From positions 1-32,000 of the forward strand of contig BAAFSQ010000031.1 in assembly GCA_054661495.1 (NCBI GenBank): DNA of 32,000 nucleotides, in the 5' to 3' direction. This document shows, one piece after another, positions 11,336 through 21,628 of the stretch. Origin of the DNA: Zygophlyctis sp. KS116. Lineage: Eukaryota; Fungi; Chytridiomycota. The stretch's first letter is position 1, and the number at the start of each line of letters is the position of its first letter. Both the position numbers and the translations under genes were made by a program. The notes beneath the pieces are model-generated. The model was not told the DNA's origin. It saw only the letters and a program-made list of their open reading frames with translations, and ran no database searches.

Positions 11336-14326
11336 ATGAATTTTATCTTTGCGGAAACTGGTGCTCTAAAGACACTGAATTCAGAGTAAAATTTAGTTTT
11401 TTAAGATTTAAGTGCAATTTATGACGATATTTTTTCCATTTGGAAAATCCCGAAACAGGATCAAATTCTTCTTTGTCAGACTGGGGAGCCGTTCAAAGGG
11501 AATTTTAATGGGAATATTTATGTATTTGATAAACGATCCTTGGTAGAGCCGCGGCAAATCCAGGATTTTGCCAGTAGTTTCAAGTCTCTGCAATATGAGC
11601 CTAAACCTTACACACCAGATCTCTCATTGTTTCAAGATCATTTGAAATTAGCAGAGGATACCTTGTACAAAAGTAAAGAAATGTTGAAATTTATTTTAAT
11701 CACTTGTACAGGTACGTTCTTTAAATTTTTAATCAATTTAGAAAATACTAATATTTATGATGCTTATTCGGCTGCATTTTTAAATCTAAAATCACACGCT
11801 GATAATGTTTGTGTGCATTTCGATCGTTTTCATGCAATTGCACAAAGAGATATGGGAAAACACGCTCTATTGCTAAAGAGTTTTCCTCTGGACATTGAAA
11901 GTCTACATCATATTCCTATTCATGAAAAATTTCAAGATGTTGATAGAAAATTCTTATCTGATACAGTACCGCTTGAAAAATTGGGATCTTGGTTTGAAAA
12001 TTGTCAAAATGCGCATAATTCTTTGGTTAAAAATCTTATAGACTTGACTGAAGAGATCAAATTCATCAAAACAGGCTCTTTAAATGAAGAGAATTCTGGA
12101 CTGGGCTTTGATAAAAAGTATTCTCTAAAAATAGATACAGTTTCTGATAATATTCAAAAGATTCAAGATAAAGTAATTACACTGACAAGGGACGTGCAGA
12201 AAGTTGCCACGGTTATTCAGGATATAAAAACTAAAAAAGTTCAAGTTGAAGAAAAAATCACGGCACTTCAACATTTATATGATATTCATGAAACCCAATA
12301 TATACCTCAAATCTTGGATTCGTATAGCTTAATCAGAGGTACTTATGTAGAAATAGGATCTCAAAAGGTATGTTTATTGAACGCTGAATGTCAGGTTGAC
12401 TTAATGAGAGGCTTATTGAATAAACTAATCATTATATCACATTTACAATCAGTAATTGCCAGTGCATCACCAAAATTAAGTGATATAAGTAATACATTAT
12501 CAATGCATGTTCAAGCTTTTTCTCAACTTTTGCATGTTCATCGAGTAGCTCCTTCTTGGGGAACAGCATTAATTGAAATTGTAAGAAGAAAAGAATATCT
12601 TAAAACGTTCTTTTTAAAAGCAAAAGAAATGGCAGATATTTTAGCAAAATTTAGGACGCTAGAAGAAAAAAGAAGAGAAAACTTTACGAATGAAATATCT
12701 AGATATCTTCCTGAAGGAATAATTCAAGGATTAGATGACACTCTTCCTACATGTGATATCAAGGTCTTGCACGCTATGGATAATTTACCAGACATAACTT
12801 TGGTTGATATTCAAAGTAGGATATTTTAATTCTTATTTCTAGATTTTGAAAAGGTTGTTGGCGGAATTCGCAAATCGATTTCTGATACGAGGCAAGGCCC
12901 AGTTACATTTGATAGTTTATCAAAATTACAAGCAACCATGATGAAATTAACACCTTTAATCTCTGGAATCACTTTGGATTTTGATAGAATACTGTTCAAG
13001 TCTGGTATAATTTATAAACTAATTTTAAAGGACTGTCTGAAAGGCTATCTAAACGAATGGAAGATCAGCAACATACTAGACGGGATGATGTTTCTTTTAG
13101 GGAGGGTACTTTCTCAGTAAAAGTGTAATTAATAGGATCCCCAGAAACCAGAACAGGATCTTTTGGAAGTTCATTTAGTAAACAGTCTCTGGAAGATACA
13201 AACCGTGCATATGAAGAACGTATTAAAAATCTAGAAAAGATTCTCCAATCTAATTATGCAAAAATGGCTTCTAGCAGTCAGGAACACGAAGAAATCATAA
13301 TGCTTCGTCGTCAAGTCTCTGAATTAGAAAAATCCAAAACTGATAATACTATTTGTCTGGAAGAAGCCAAGGCTAAAATTATAGAATTGGAAACAAATCT
13401 TGAAAACAAGACCTCTGATTTAGACAGTATTAAAAGCACTAATCTCTCACTAGAAGAATCCCTAAATCAGGTATACTTACCTACTTGAAATACTTAAAAT
13501 TAGGCAAAAACAGATTTAGAAAATTTAAAAACCACTTGTCAAGACCAAGTCTCAAAACTTTCAAGTCATGAATCTGTAAATTTCCTTTTAAATCTAATTC
13601 TAGCATAACCAAATACTCAAAAACTTTTATGTAAAACTCTTGACTTTTAATGAATCAAAAATGTCAAATTCTCCCATAAATGACTTCAGTTTTGAAAATT
13701 TCCAAAAAGAAATGGATTATACTCTTGACAAATTTCAAAAACTTGAATCTACATGTAAAACTATTGATAATACTAGAGAGAATAATCCTCTCTTGGATAA
13801 AATTGAAAACCTGACACAAAATTTACAATTATCAGAAACTCAAATACAAGACTTGAAAACCAATTATAATAGTGTATTGTCTGAAAACAAAAAACTAGAA
13901 TCTCAATTAGAATCTAAAATCTCAAATTTGAACAATTCTAGAACCATTACATCTAAAATTTCTTTTGAAAAGTAAGTTTACGTTTATTTACTCTAGTTTC
14001 TCTATTGGAGATCTTGTACTTTTCCTACCTACTCGTAGTCCAATTGCATGGGCAGCCTTCAACACCAACAGTCCTCATTATTTCTTATCATTGGAAGAAC
14101 ATGATAATTTCCCTAATCAAATCAGGTAATAAAATATTAATATTAATGTAAGACGCCGGGAATGGATTTTAGGAATAGTTTGTAAAATTCATTCATTTGA
14201 AGCAAAAAAAGGTAATTTCTTTGACTTATCATAGAACATAATCCGTTTGGATTAGGACATGGAACTCTTTTCCATTTGTGTCGAGTGAATTCATTGCCAT
14301 CGTTGAATCTTGGCAATTTAGAATGA
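11336..14326 (+). CDS. ATG11: Autophagy scaffold Atg11 / FIP200
   Basis: IPKQDQILL N-terminus, LIEIVRRKEY, YEERIKNLEKIL, and C-terminal claw motifs KISFENFSIGDLVLFLPTR, WAAFN..PHYFL, WILG, NPFGL. Introns 11386-11412, 11712-11741, 12368-12394, 12816-12842, 13005-13030, 13106-13135, 13471-13503, 13576-13603, 13972-13996, 14126-14152, 14212-14234. Confidence 0.9.
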
Positions 14327-15263
14327 TTTTTATATCAAAGATTGTAGATCCATGGATAAATTTAGCATTTGAAGAATACTTGTTCAGACAATCTGTTCCT
14401 AATATATTATTTTTATATAGAAATTCAAATTGTGTCATTATTGGACGAAATCAGAATCCATGGACTGAGACAAATATTAATCTTTTAAATTCATTGCATA
14501 TCCCACTCATTCGAAGAAAGTCTGGCGGTGGAACAGTTTTTCATGATTTGGGAAACACAAATTATTGTTGTATGATGCCAAGAAATGATTTTAAACGATC
14601 GATTGCTGCTAATATGGTTACTAATGCTCTTTTAAATTTAGACATTCCTGCTCAAGTCAATCATCGATTTGATATTGTCATTGATCAGAAAAAGATTTCA
14701 GGAAGTGCATACAAGATTGCAAATAGTAAATCATATCATCATGGGACAATGCTTATAGATACTGATTTAAGGAATTTAAAGAATTTATTAAAACCAATGG
14801 TAATTTTTATATTTTTTAATTTTAGAATTGGAATATAGAGTCAAAGGGCGTATCTAGTTTTAGATCTCCAGTGACTAGATTAAGAGAATATTCATTAACA
14901 ATTGATCATTCTCCATTTTGTGAATCAGTCATAAAGGAATATTGTAAAATTAATAATCTTTTCTTGACTCCAAAATACTTTACAATGGAGGAATTTAGTA
15001 AAAATTCAGAAATACAAAAATATCATGATGAATTGAAATCTTGGGATTGGACGTTTGGACAAACTCCTAGTTTTACTCAAAAGATTGATAAAATTAGTAA
15101 AAATCATAAATTTCAACTTGTACTATCAGTTAATCACGGTCTAATCAGTGATATTCATTCTGAAAGTATAGATTCAAAAGATATAGATTCAAAAGATATA
15201 GATGACTTAAAAGAGAAATGGATTGATTCTAGATATGAAGATTGTATCAAACATTTGATTTGA
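14323..15263 (+). CDS. AIM22: Lipoate-protein ligase A / lipoyltransferase (LplA/Aim22/LIPT1 family)
   Basis: DPWINLAFEE, VIIGRNQNPW, RRKSGGGTVFHDLGN, KISGSA, HHGTML, SWDWTFGQTP; intron 14800-14825; first in-frame ATG at 14323. Confidence 0.92.
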
Positions 15264-15323
15264 ATTATCTTTTTTGATAAACGTTTTTTTAGATTCGGAC
15301 AAGTTTTGTTTTTCTTGTTTTAA

Positions 15324-16257
15324 ATGAAGATCTTGGAGATTATACCAACAGATATTGTTTTATTAATTCTTGAAAAATGTACAGTACAGACTCTAGCAAG
15401 ACTAAGATTAACATGTAAAGCTCTAAATGATCTCTACTTTTCCCCAAGTTTATGGAAAATACTTGTAATTTCAGACTGTGGGCCGCATCTACCGTTTGTA
15501 TTGAAATTAGTAGAAAAGACTCAATGGGGAATCAGAAAAATAATCGCTTCTGAAATTAGAATGGAATTAATCTCTAAACTCTTTAAAACGAGTGCCACAG
15601 ACGTGCGTTTACTAAACATTTCTGAATTCAAATCTCTTGAAATTAACAAGTCTATACAACGATTAGATTTGCATTCTTCTTCATTAACTCCAATTACTAA
15701 TTTTACTCTAAATGTTGGTTCAAATCTGGCTGAAATTCATTTGTTATTTCAAATATCTACTGAAATGTTGGATGAATTGGCAAAGTGTTTAAATTTACGG
15801 ATTCTGACTCTAGGGAATTGTTTTCAAATTTCTAATCTGGATCTTTCAAGATTTCTTAAAAAATATGGGAAATGGGACTATGTAGCGTTATTAGGAGCTA
15901 ATAATATAACCGATGCAGATTTGGTAGCGATCTCTAATCTTGAAATTGTAAATTTAATTCTTCATTCTTGTAATTTAATTACTGATGATGGAATTTCTGA
16001 ATTAACACATTGTAAAACTTTAGAATGGATAAAGGTTATTAAATGTCGGGGATTGACTCTTGGTGCATTTGCTAACACGGGGTTTTCAAGTACATTAGAG
16101 TGTTTAATGAAATATCCAGACTTTGTAACTGGTAATTTTTTGATTTTAATAATCTTATCGCATCTTGAAATTAAATATTATAGGATTGGGAATGTCCTTT
16201 AAAAAGTCATGTGTATCAACAATGACGGAATCCGTCATCTCTACAGAAACTTGTTAA
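15324..16257 (+). CDS. F-box / leucine-rich repeat protein
   Basis: F-box IPTDIVLLILEKC..LRLTCKAL..LW; cysteine-type LRRs (NCFQISN, CNLITDDGI, CRGLT). Probable 52-nt intron 16132-16183; unspliced stop would be at 16202. Confidence 0.8.
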
Positions 16258-16275
16258 AATTCCGATAATAATAAA

Positions 16276-17327
16276 ATGGATAAGCAGGAAATCAGATTGA
16301 TTATGAGTTCCTTTTATGATCCAATTGCTAGAAATAACATACATCCTGCGGCATTTGAAAATCTAGAGTTTACATTGTCCGATGGTAAATTTATAAAATT
16401 CGGACGTCCGATAAGAGGAGCAGAAGAAGATAAGGCTGATAATTTGGCTTGGTTCAAGTCGAAAGTTGTTAGTAGAAATCATGCTGAATGTTGGATGAAG
16501 AATGGTACTGTGTATGTCAAAGATTCTGGATCCTCAAGTGGAACATTTCTTAATGGCATGCGTCTCTCTCCAGGAGGTAATATTCAATTATTTTAATTAA
16601 AGGTAAACTCTCTCGGCCTTATCCATTAAAAGATGGGGATGTTATTCAACTTGGCGTAGATTATCAAGGAAGGCCAGAAGGTAATATTTTATAAAACTTA
16701 AAATCAGACATCTTTAAAGCAGTCATCATCAAAATCAATCTATTTTCATCTCAAGCTAGCATTTACAGTCGACCATGTGGAAATACTTTTGGGTAAGTAA
16801 AGTTTCAATACAACCACAATTTCTAGGCAAAGCCAAAAGAATATGTTGAATTCTTTCTAACCATTAGATTCCGAAAAGCACTTCAATCACTTCTCACAGC
16901 TTCAAATCCATTCTCTACAGGCACGCAAGACGAATCACAAACTGTAGATTGTTGCATCTGCCTATCAGGAATAGGTCCCTTTCAAGCATTATTCTTGTCA
17001 CCATGCTCACACTGCTTTCATTACAAGTGCGTCAAAAATATTCTCTCAGAATCAGGATTAATGTTTCCATGCCCAGTTTGTCGACAGGTGGCAAATTTAG
17101 AAGCCAGCGTATCAATGGAAAGTTTGGTGGAAACATTTGATGCTGAATCAACCAGCTCCAAAGAAGAACATCCATTAGAGAATACAACAGAGTTTCAAAT
17201 CGACACAAAATCTTGCAAATTTACAACATCAAAAGGTTCTTCTCTCTTTTTAGAAGAAGGGTTAACTGTCACGACAGAGCAGAATATATTCCCAAAAGAA
17301 GAGATAACTGATGATATGGTTGAGTGA
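16276..17327 (+). CDS. DMA1: FHA-RING E3 ubiquitin ligase (Dma1/Chf family)
   Basis: FHA motifs FGR, FKSKVVSRNHAE, DSGSSSGTFLNG, LKDGDVIQLGVDY; RING DCCICL..QALFLSPCSHCFHYKC..FPCPVCRQVANLEA. Introns 16577-16602, 16681-16707, 16793-16867. Confidence 0.92.
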
Positions 17328-17348
17328 GTGGGGTTGGTAGATTAGGAG

Positions 17349-17564
17349 ATGAAAAATGATGGCAAATACATTTTCTTTGGAATTGCAGTATTTGTTTTTG
17401 TGATTGCAGCAATGAGTACATTGGCTTCCAACTCTAGATATTATGCAAGGAGAGGCCGTTATCCAAAATCTCCATTTAGAAGGAAAGGCAAAGGAGTTAA
17501 AAGCATTCGCAGCAAAAAAAGATTTTCAAGAGGACCCTATTTGCCCCCCATAACCAAACTATAG
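17349..17564 (+). CDS. Small single-pass membrane protein with highly basic tail (71 aa)
   Basis: ATG-initiated ORF that fills the DMA1-WDR59 gap; one hydrophobic helix followed by an R/K-rich tail. No family recognised. Confidence 0.5.
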   Translation: MKNDGKYIFFGIAVFVFVIAAMSTLASNSRYYARRGRYPKSPFRRKGKGVKSIRSKKRFSRGPYLPPITKL

Positions 17565-20500
17565 CTTGCAATAACATCCACATCCAGAAGGACAAACATT
17601 ATGATTCTTAAACCACTCTTGATAATGATGGACATGACCTCCATGTTGGCATTTTGAGCAAAATGCAATCATTTTATGACATGATATCTGGCAAATACAG
17701 CATCTTAAAGTTTTAGACTCTGAACAGACCATGCATTTAGATGAATCAAGGGGTATATTTGATCCACACTGTTGACATTCAACTTGAATACCTAATATAT
17801 CAGAAATTATATTTACCCATTTTAAATTCATCCTGAGCGGCAGGAGTATCAAATATATGCAATTGTTTTAAAATATATGCTCTTTGATACCACAACCCCC
17901 ACATTTGAAGGCATTCTGCATACCGATAACGGAAGCAAAGTCCCGCGTAAAATCTAGACATGTCATTTACCAATTTTCCATCCTGATCAATTGATTTTTC
18001 AAAAAGATTCAGCAAATGAGCTGATAAAAACTGATTATAGACTTTAACTACCATTCCTGATTCAACCTCGATTGAATTTCGTACGGCAGCTGCATATGAT
18101 AGATTATTCTTTGGCATATCATGACTAATCCCAGACACCAGTTTATTCATTGGATTTACAGCAGCAACTACTGAAACGGCTGAGGAGTAATAAGAAGAAA
18201 TAGAAGACGTCCGAATAGCGCCCGTAGAATTTGCACGAGGCAAGATGGCCTGCCGATCTGTAATTGTGATGGAAGTTGGTATAATAGATTTTGTGGTAGT
18301 GTAAGATCTCGAAATTCCTTCCGGAGATAAAGATACTTTTTGAGATGTAGTATTATTAGTAACTATTGGAATAAAGGGTTGGTTTTTATCGGCATATATT
18401 TTCTCTATATTTTGCCTCTAAGAGATCACTTTCAAAACGCTTACCTTTATCATCAAAAGGCTCATCATCGCAAGTGTCTGCAAATCACGATGTTTCTCTA
18501 AGAAAGAAAATCTAAAATGAGATATTCAAAGCCTACATTTCCTGGAACACAACTGAACAAACGTAAGCACTACTGGCAGGACACGCTTCCTCCACATACC
18601 GGATAGATCCTTTGTCTGTTTTTTCTTTAGAATAGCTATCATCAAAAATATTGGATAACAGCATCCATATTTTCGCAAGGTCTAAGCGCCCCATACTTTG
18701 AGCAGCATCGCCAAATAATAGACATGCTTTTTTTGAATTGCCGAATTCTGAGATGTTTTTGTTCATTTTTTGAGCCATCTGTTCTGAAATTGGATCTAAT
18801 ACTATATTTTGATCTATGTAAACGTTTGCCCCGAAGAAGGATCGAGCTGAGTCGATGCTCTCCTTTTGTTCGATTGTTTCGTTTAAAGGCCGGTCATCAT
18901 GCGCTAGCGATGCTGATCTTCTCCTATTCCCATCCAAATCAATGTGTCCCGAGCCAATATCAATAGATTGCTGCTCAGAATTATACTCCTTTAGTGATGG
19001 TATATCCACCGACGAAGTGGATAAAGTGGTTCTACGGTTAAATTTTGGCAGTTCCTTTATTTCAGAGGGAATGGTGATGTATTTGGTATTGCTCCTTGAT
19101 TTTGATTGATATATCTGCTTGAGAAAATTTCCATTGCTATAGTTGTTTTCTGAGTTATTTCTTGAATATCGCTGTAATGAATAATGTGAATTTGGACGCC
19201 AAGATATGCTCTCTTCTTCCTCCTCTTCTTCTTCATCGAGCCAATAATTTGCGGTATTCCCCTGATGATACCCAGAGTTTTCCGATGAATAAGAATGACT
19301 TGCCTGAACTAAACCTGTCCGCGAAAGTAGAAAAGATCTATAACTCTCGTACATATCATATGTTTTAGGATATGTGACAAATTTTTGAGATTGAAGTACA
19401 GGCTGTTGATATTTGTTGGTTAATGTATGAGATGCAAATCTTGTCGCTGCGGGATGTGGAAGAATTGAAAAGAAATAAATAAGCTTTCCTATACATCAAA
19501 TAATAAAATAGTACCACCAGAAAAGCAACCTTGACAAATCCTTGGAAAAGGAACGTTAATTTTCTTAACATCTGCAGTGCGCAATGTTTTAGCTGCTATT
19601 TTTTGACTTAAAAGAGATATTTCATTGTCAGATGAATCCGAATCCAGCTCCACATCTTCAATAAATACATCACTAGTATCTTTTTTTTGAACAGGCGTTT
19701 CAATATCATTAAGAAAGTAATTTACTTTTTCCATTAAAGTATTTTCTGTTTCGGCCTGTTCCGTATCAATGTTCAAAACGTTTCCCTTTACAAGAAATTG
19801 AATCAGGGATTCCAAATGCAAAAGACTATGCGATTCTAGGAGGAGCTTGTTTAGATTATAGTACATATATCGAATAACTTCCAAGTCCAAATTTGATTCT
19901 GATAAATCAAAATGTGAAACCAAAAAAGAATTTGGAGTTGACTTGAAGAAAATCAAACAAGAAAACCCAAATGGCGTCGTCATAATTTTCAAGTGGTTAA
20001 TATCAGTTATAAATATTCTAAAATCTTATATAAAATGAAATACCTATATTGAAGCGGCTCATCTCCAACTTTTTCAAAAGCCACATTCTTAAACTTTCTT
20101 TCAATACTTTTTAGCAGTTCCTCCAGTTTACTTAAATTGTCTGAAACTTCTTTTAGTTTGGGAATTGTATTCAAATCTCTTATTTGATGTAAAATATTCC
20201 CCTCAACAGATACGTCTGAATTTCTAGATTCATCTTAAAAGATTAGAATTTAAGACTTACCATGTTTTGAAAATCCCAGGAACGATTTTTCAGGAACCTT
20301 TGGAAAACTACCAGTTCTAGTTACAACTAAATTTTGGGGATCTACCGGCCAAAGTCTTAAATGCTGATCTTTAGACCAAGTCACTAATTGAAATTGATCG
20401 CCCCTTTTCCTCCAAACAAATTCTTTAACAGTATCTGTATGTCCAGAAAACACGATTAAAGGCTCTAAAAAAGAATTACAATCCCACAAATAGAGATTAT

Positions 20501-21319
20501 TATCTTTTCGTTGAGGCAAACTAACAATATAATTTCCAAAAGGAGTAAATCTTGCTCTCCATACTGGAAATCCAGTTTCAATCGCTGCTAAACATGTCCT
20601 TGGTTGAGAATAATCCCAAAACTTTTTTATAACCTTTTAAAAAATACCTTTATAAAACCATCTTGAGCACAAGTCACCAATTCCTTTTCTTCTCTTGGCG
20701 ACCAATCTATCCCATAAACCTTATTCATATGTGCCGTAATTATAGTAAGTGGAGAACTACCCTTTCTACCCTTTAATTTCACGTCTATAATACCTTAAAT
20801 CCCAAATTCTAGCATCAGTATCATGAGATGATGCCATTATAAATTCATTTTTAGGATTAAATTTGACTTGACTCCCTCCTGTCCAAGCTCCTAAACTAGA
20901 AATTGGTTTCTGTAGAGAGACTCTTAAATCCCAAATATGAATATATGAATCATTAGATATTGAAGCTAATATATCAGAATGAGCAATTGACCAATGAAAA
21001 TCATTAATTGCTCTTGTATGACCGGGTAAAATATATTGTACCGCTCCCTGCCCAACGTTCCAAATCAATATTGTCTGATTACTCTATTATTACAATTGAA
21101 AATTATTACCGTTGAAGCTATGACATCCCTTTTACTTGCATGCGGATTCCACTGAACATCACAAACATCCCATTTAGAATAATGACTTAAAAACCGAGCA
21201 TCGTCAAGTGGATTATTAAGATCGATAATATACAATCCTCTCTTTGCCGCTAAACAAGCTTGATCCCCTTCTGGACTAATACTCAATGAAGTTACAGGAT
21301 AATTTAAGTTAAAATTCAT
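17559..21319 (-). CDS. WDR59: GATOR2/SEACAT subunit WDR59 / Sea3 (Mtc5)
   Basis: N-terminal WD40 (GLYIIDL, DVQWNPH, GHTRAINDFHW, PVWRARFTPFG, LVTWSKD), VPFPRIC..FS, DLQTLAM, and C-terminal zinc finger CQHGGH..CPSGCGC. Introns 21084-21109, 20766-20793, 20622-20647, 20234-20260, 20018-20043, 19489-19514, 18512-18536, 18418-18444, 17792-17816. Confidence 0.92.
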
Positions 21320-21626
21320 TCTAAAACTTTTTCAGTTGCAGAGAGAAATCGACCTCTGTCTCCTCGCTGTCTCTTGACTGCATGCATATGTCTGGATTCA
21401 TGTCTATATTTCTAATATTAGCTATAATCTAAAAAATACAGAATTTCCAGATTCCATTTCTAAACGAGCACGTTGTTCCCGTCTCTTCATGATTCGATGA
21501 TATTGTTTTGCTGAAAATCAATGGACAAAAATTACCATTGACAAATAATGGTTCGTTTGGAGTCTTTGGAAAGTTTATAAACTTTTATTATCTTTTTTAA
21601 AAACAAACCTCATTGATATAGTCCAT
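21316..21626 (-). CDS. HAP2: Minimal CCAAT-binding factor subunit HAP2 / NF-YA (76 aa), absent from the ORF track
   Basis: Exons 21626-21609, 21581-21536, 21510-21440 and 21411-21316 (introns 27, 25, 28 nt) give MDYINEFINFPKTPNEPLFVNAKQYHRIMKRREQRARLEMESGNSKYRHESRHMHAVKRQRGDRGRFLSATEKVLE*, containing the NF-YA signatures VNAKQYHRI.KRR and HESRH.HA..R.RG..GRF. Confidence 0.92.
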
Positions 21627-21628
21627 TC

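Noticed and set aside
14278-14321. Atg11-lipoyltransferase fusion by splicing to the AG at 14321 (donors at 14278 or 14302 would be in frame)
   Set aside because: Donors are weak and the intron lengths (44 and 20 nt) fall outside the 23-33 nt norm; unsupported without reads.
21321-21401. Upstream WDR59 exon starting at ATG 21401
   Set aside because: Splice phases do not join to the WDR59 frame, and the region encodes the HAP2 DNA-binding motif in another frame.
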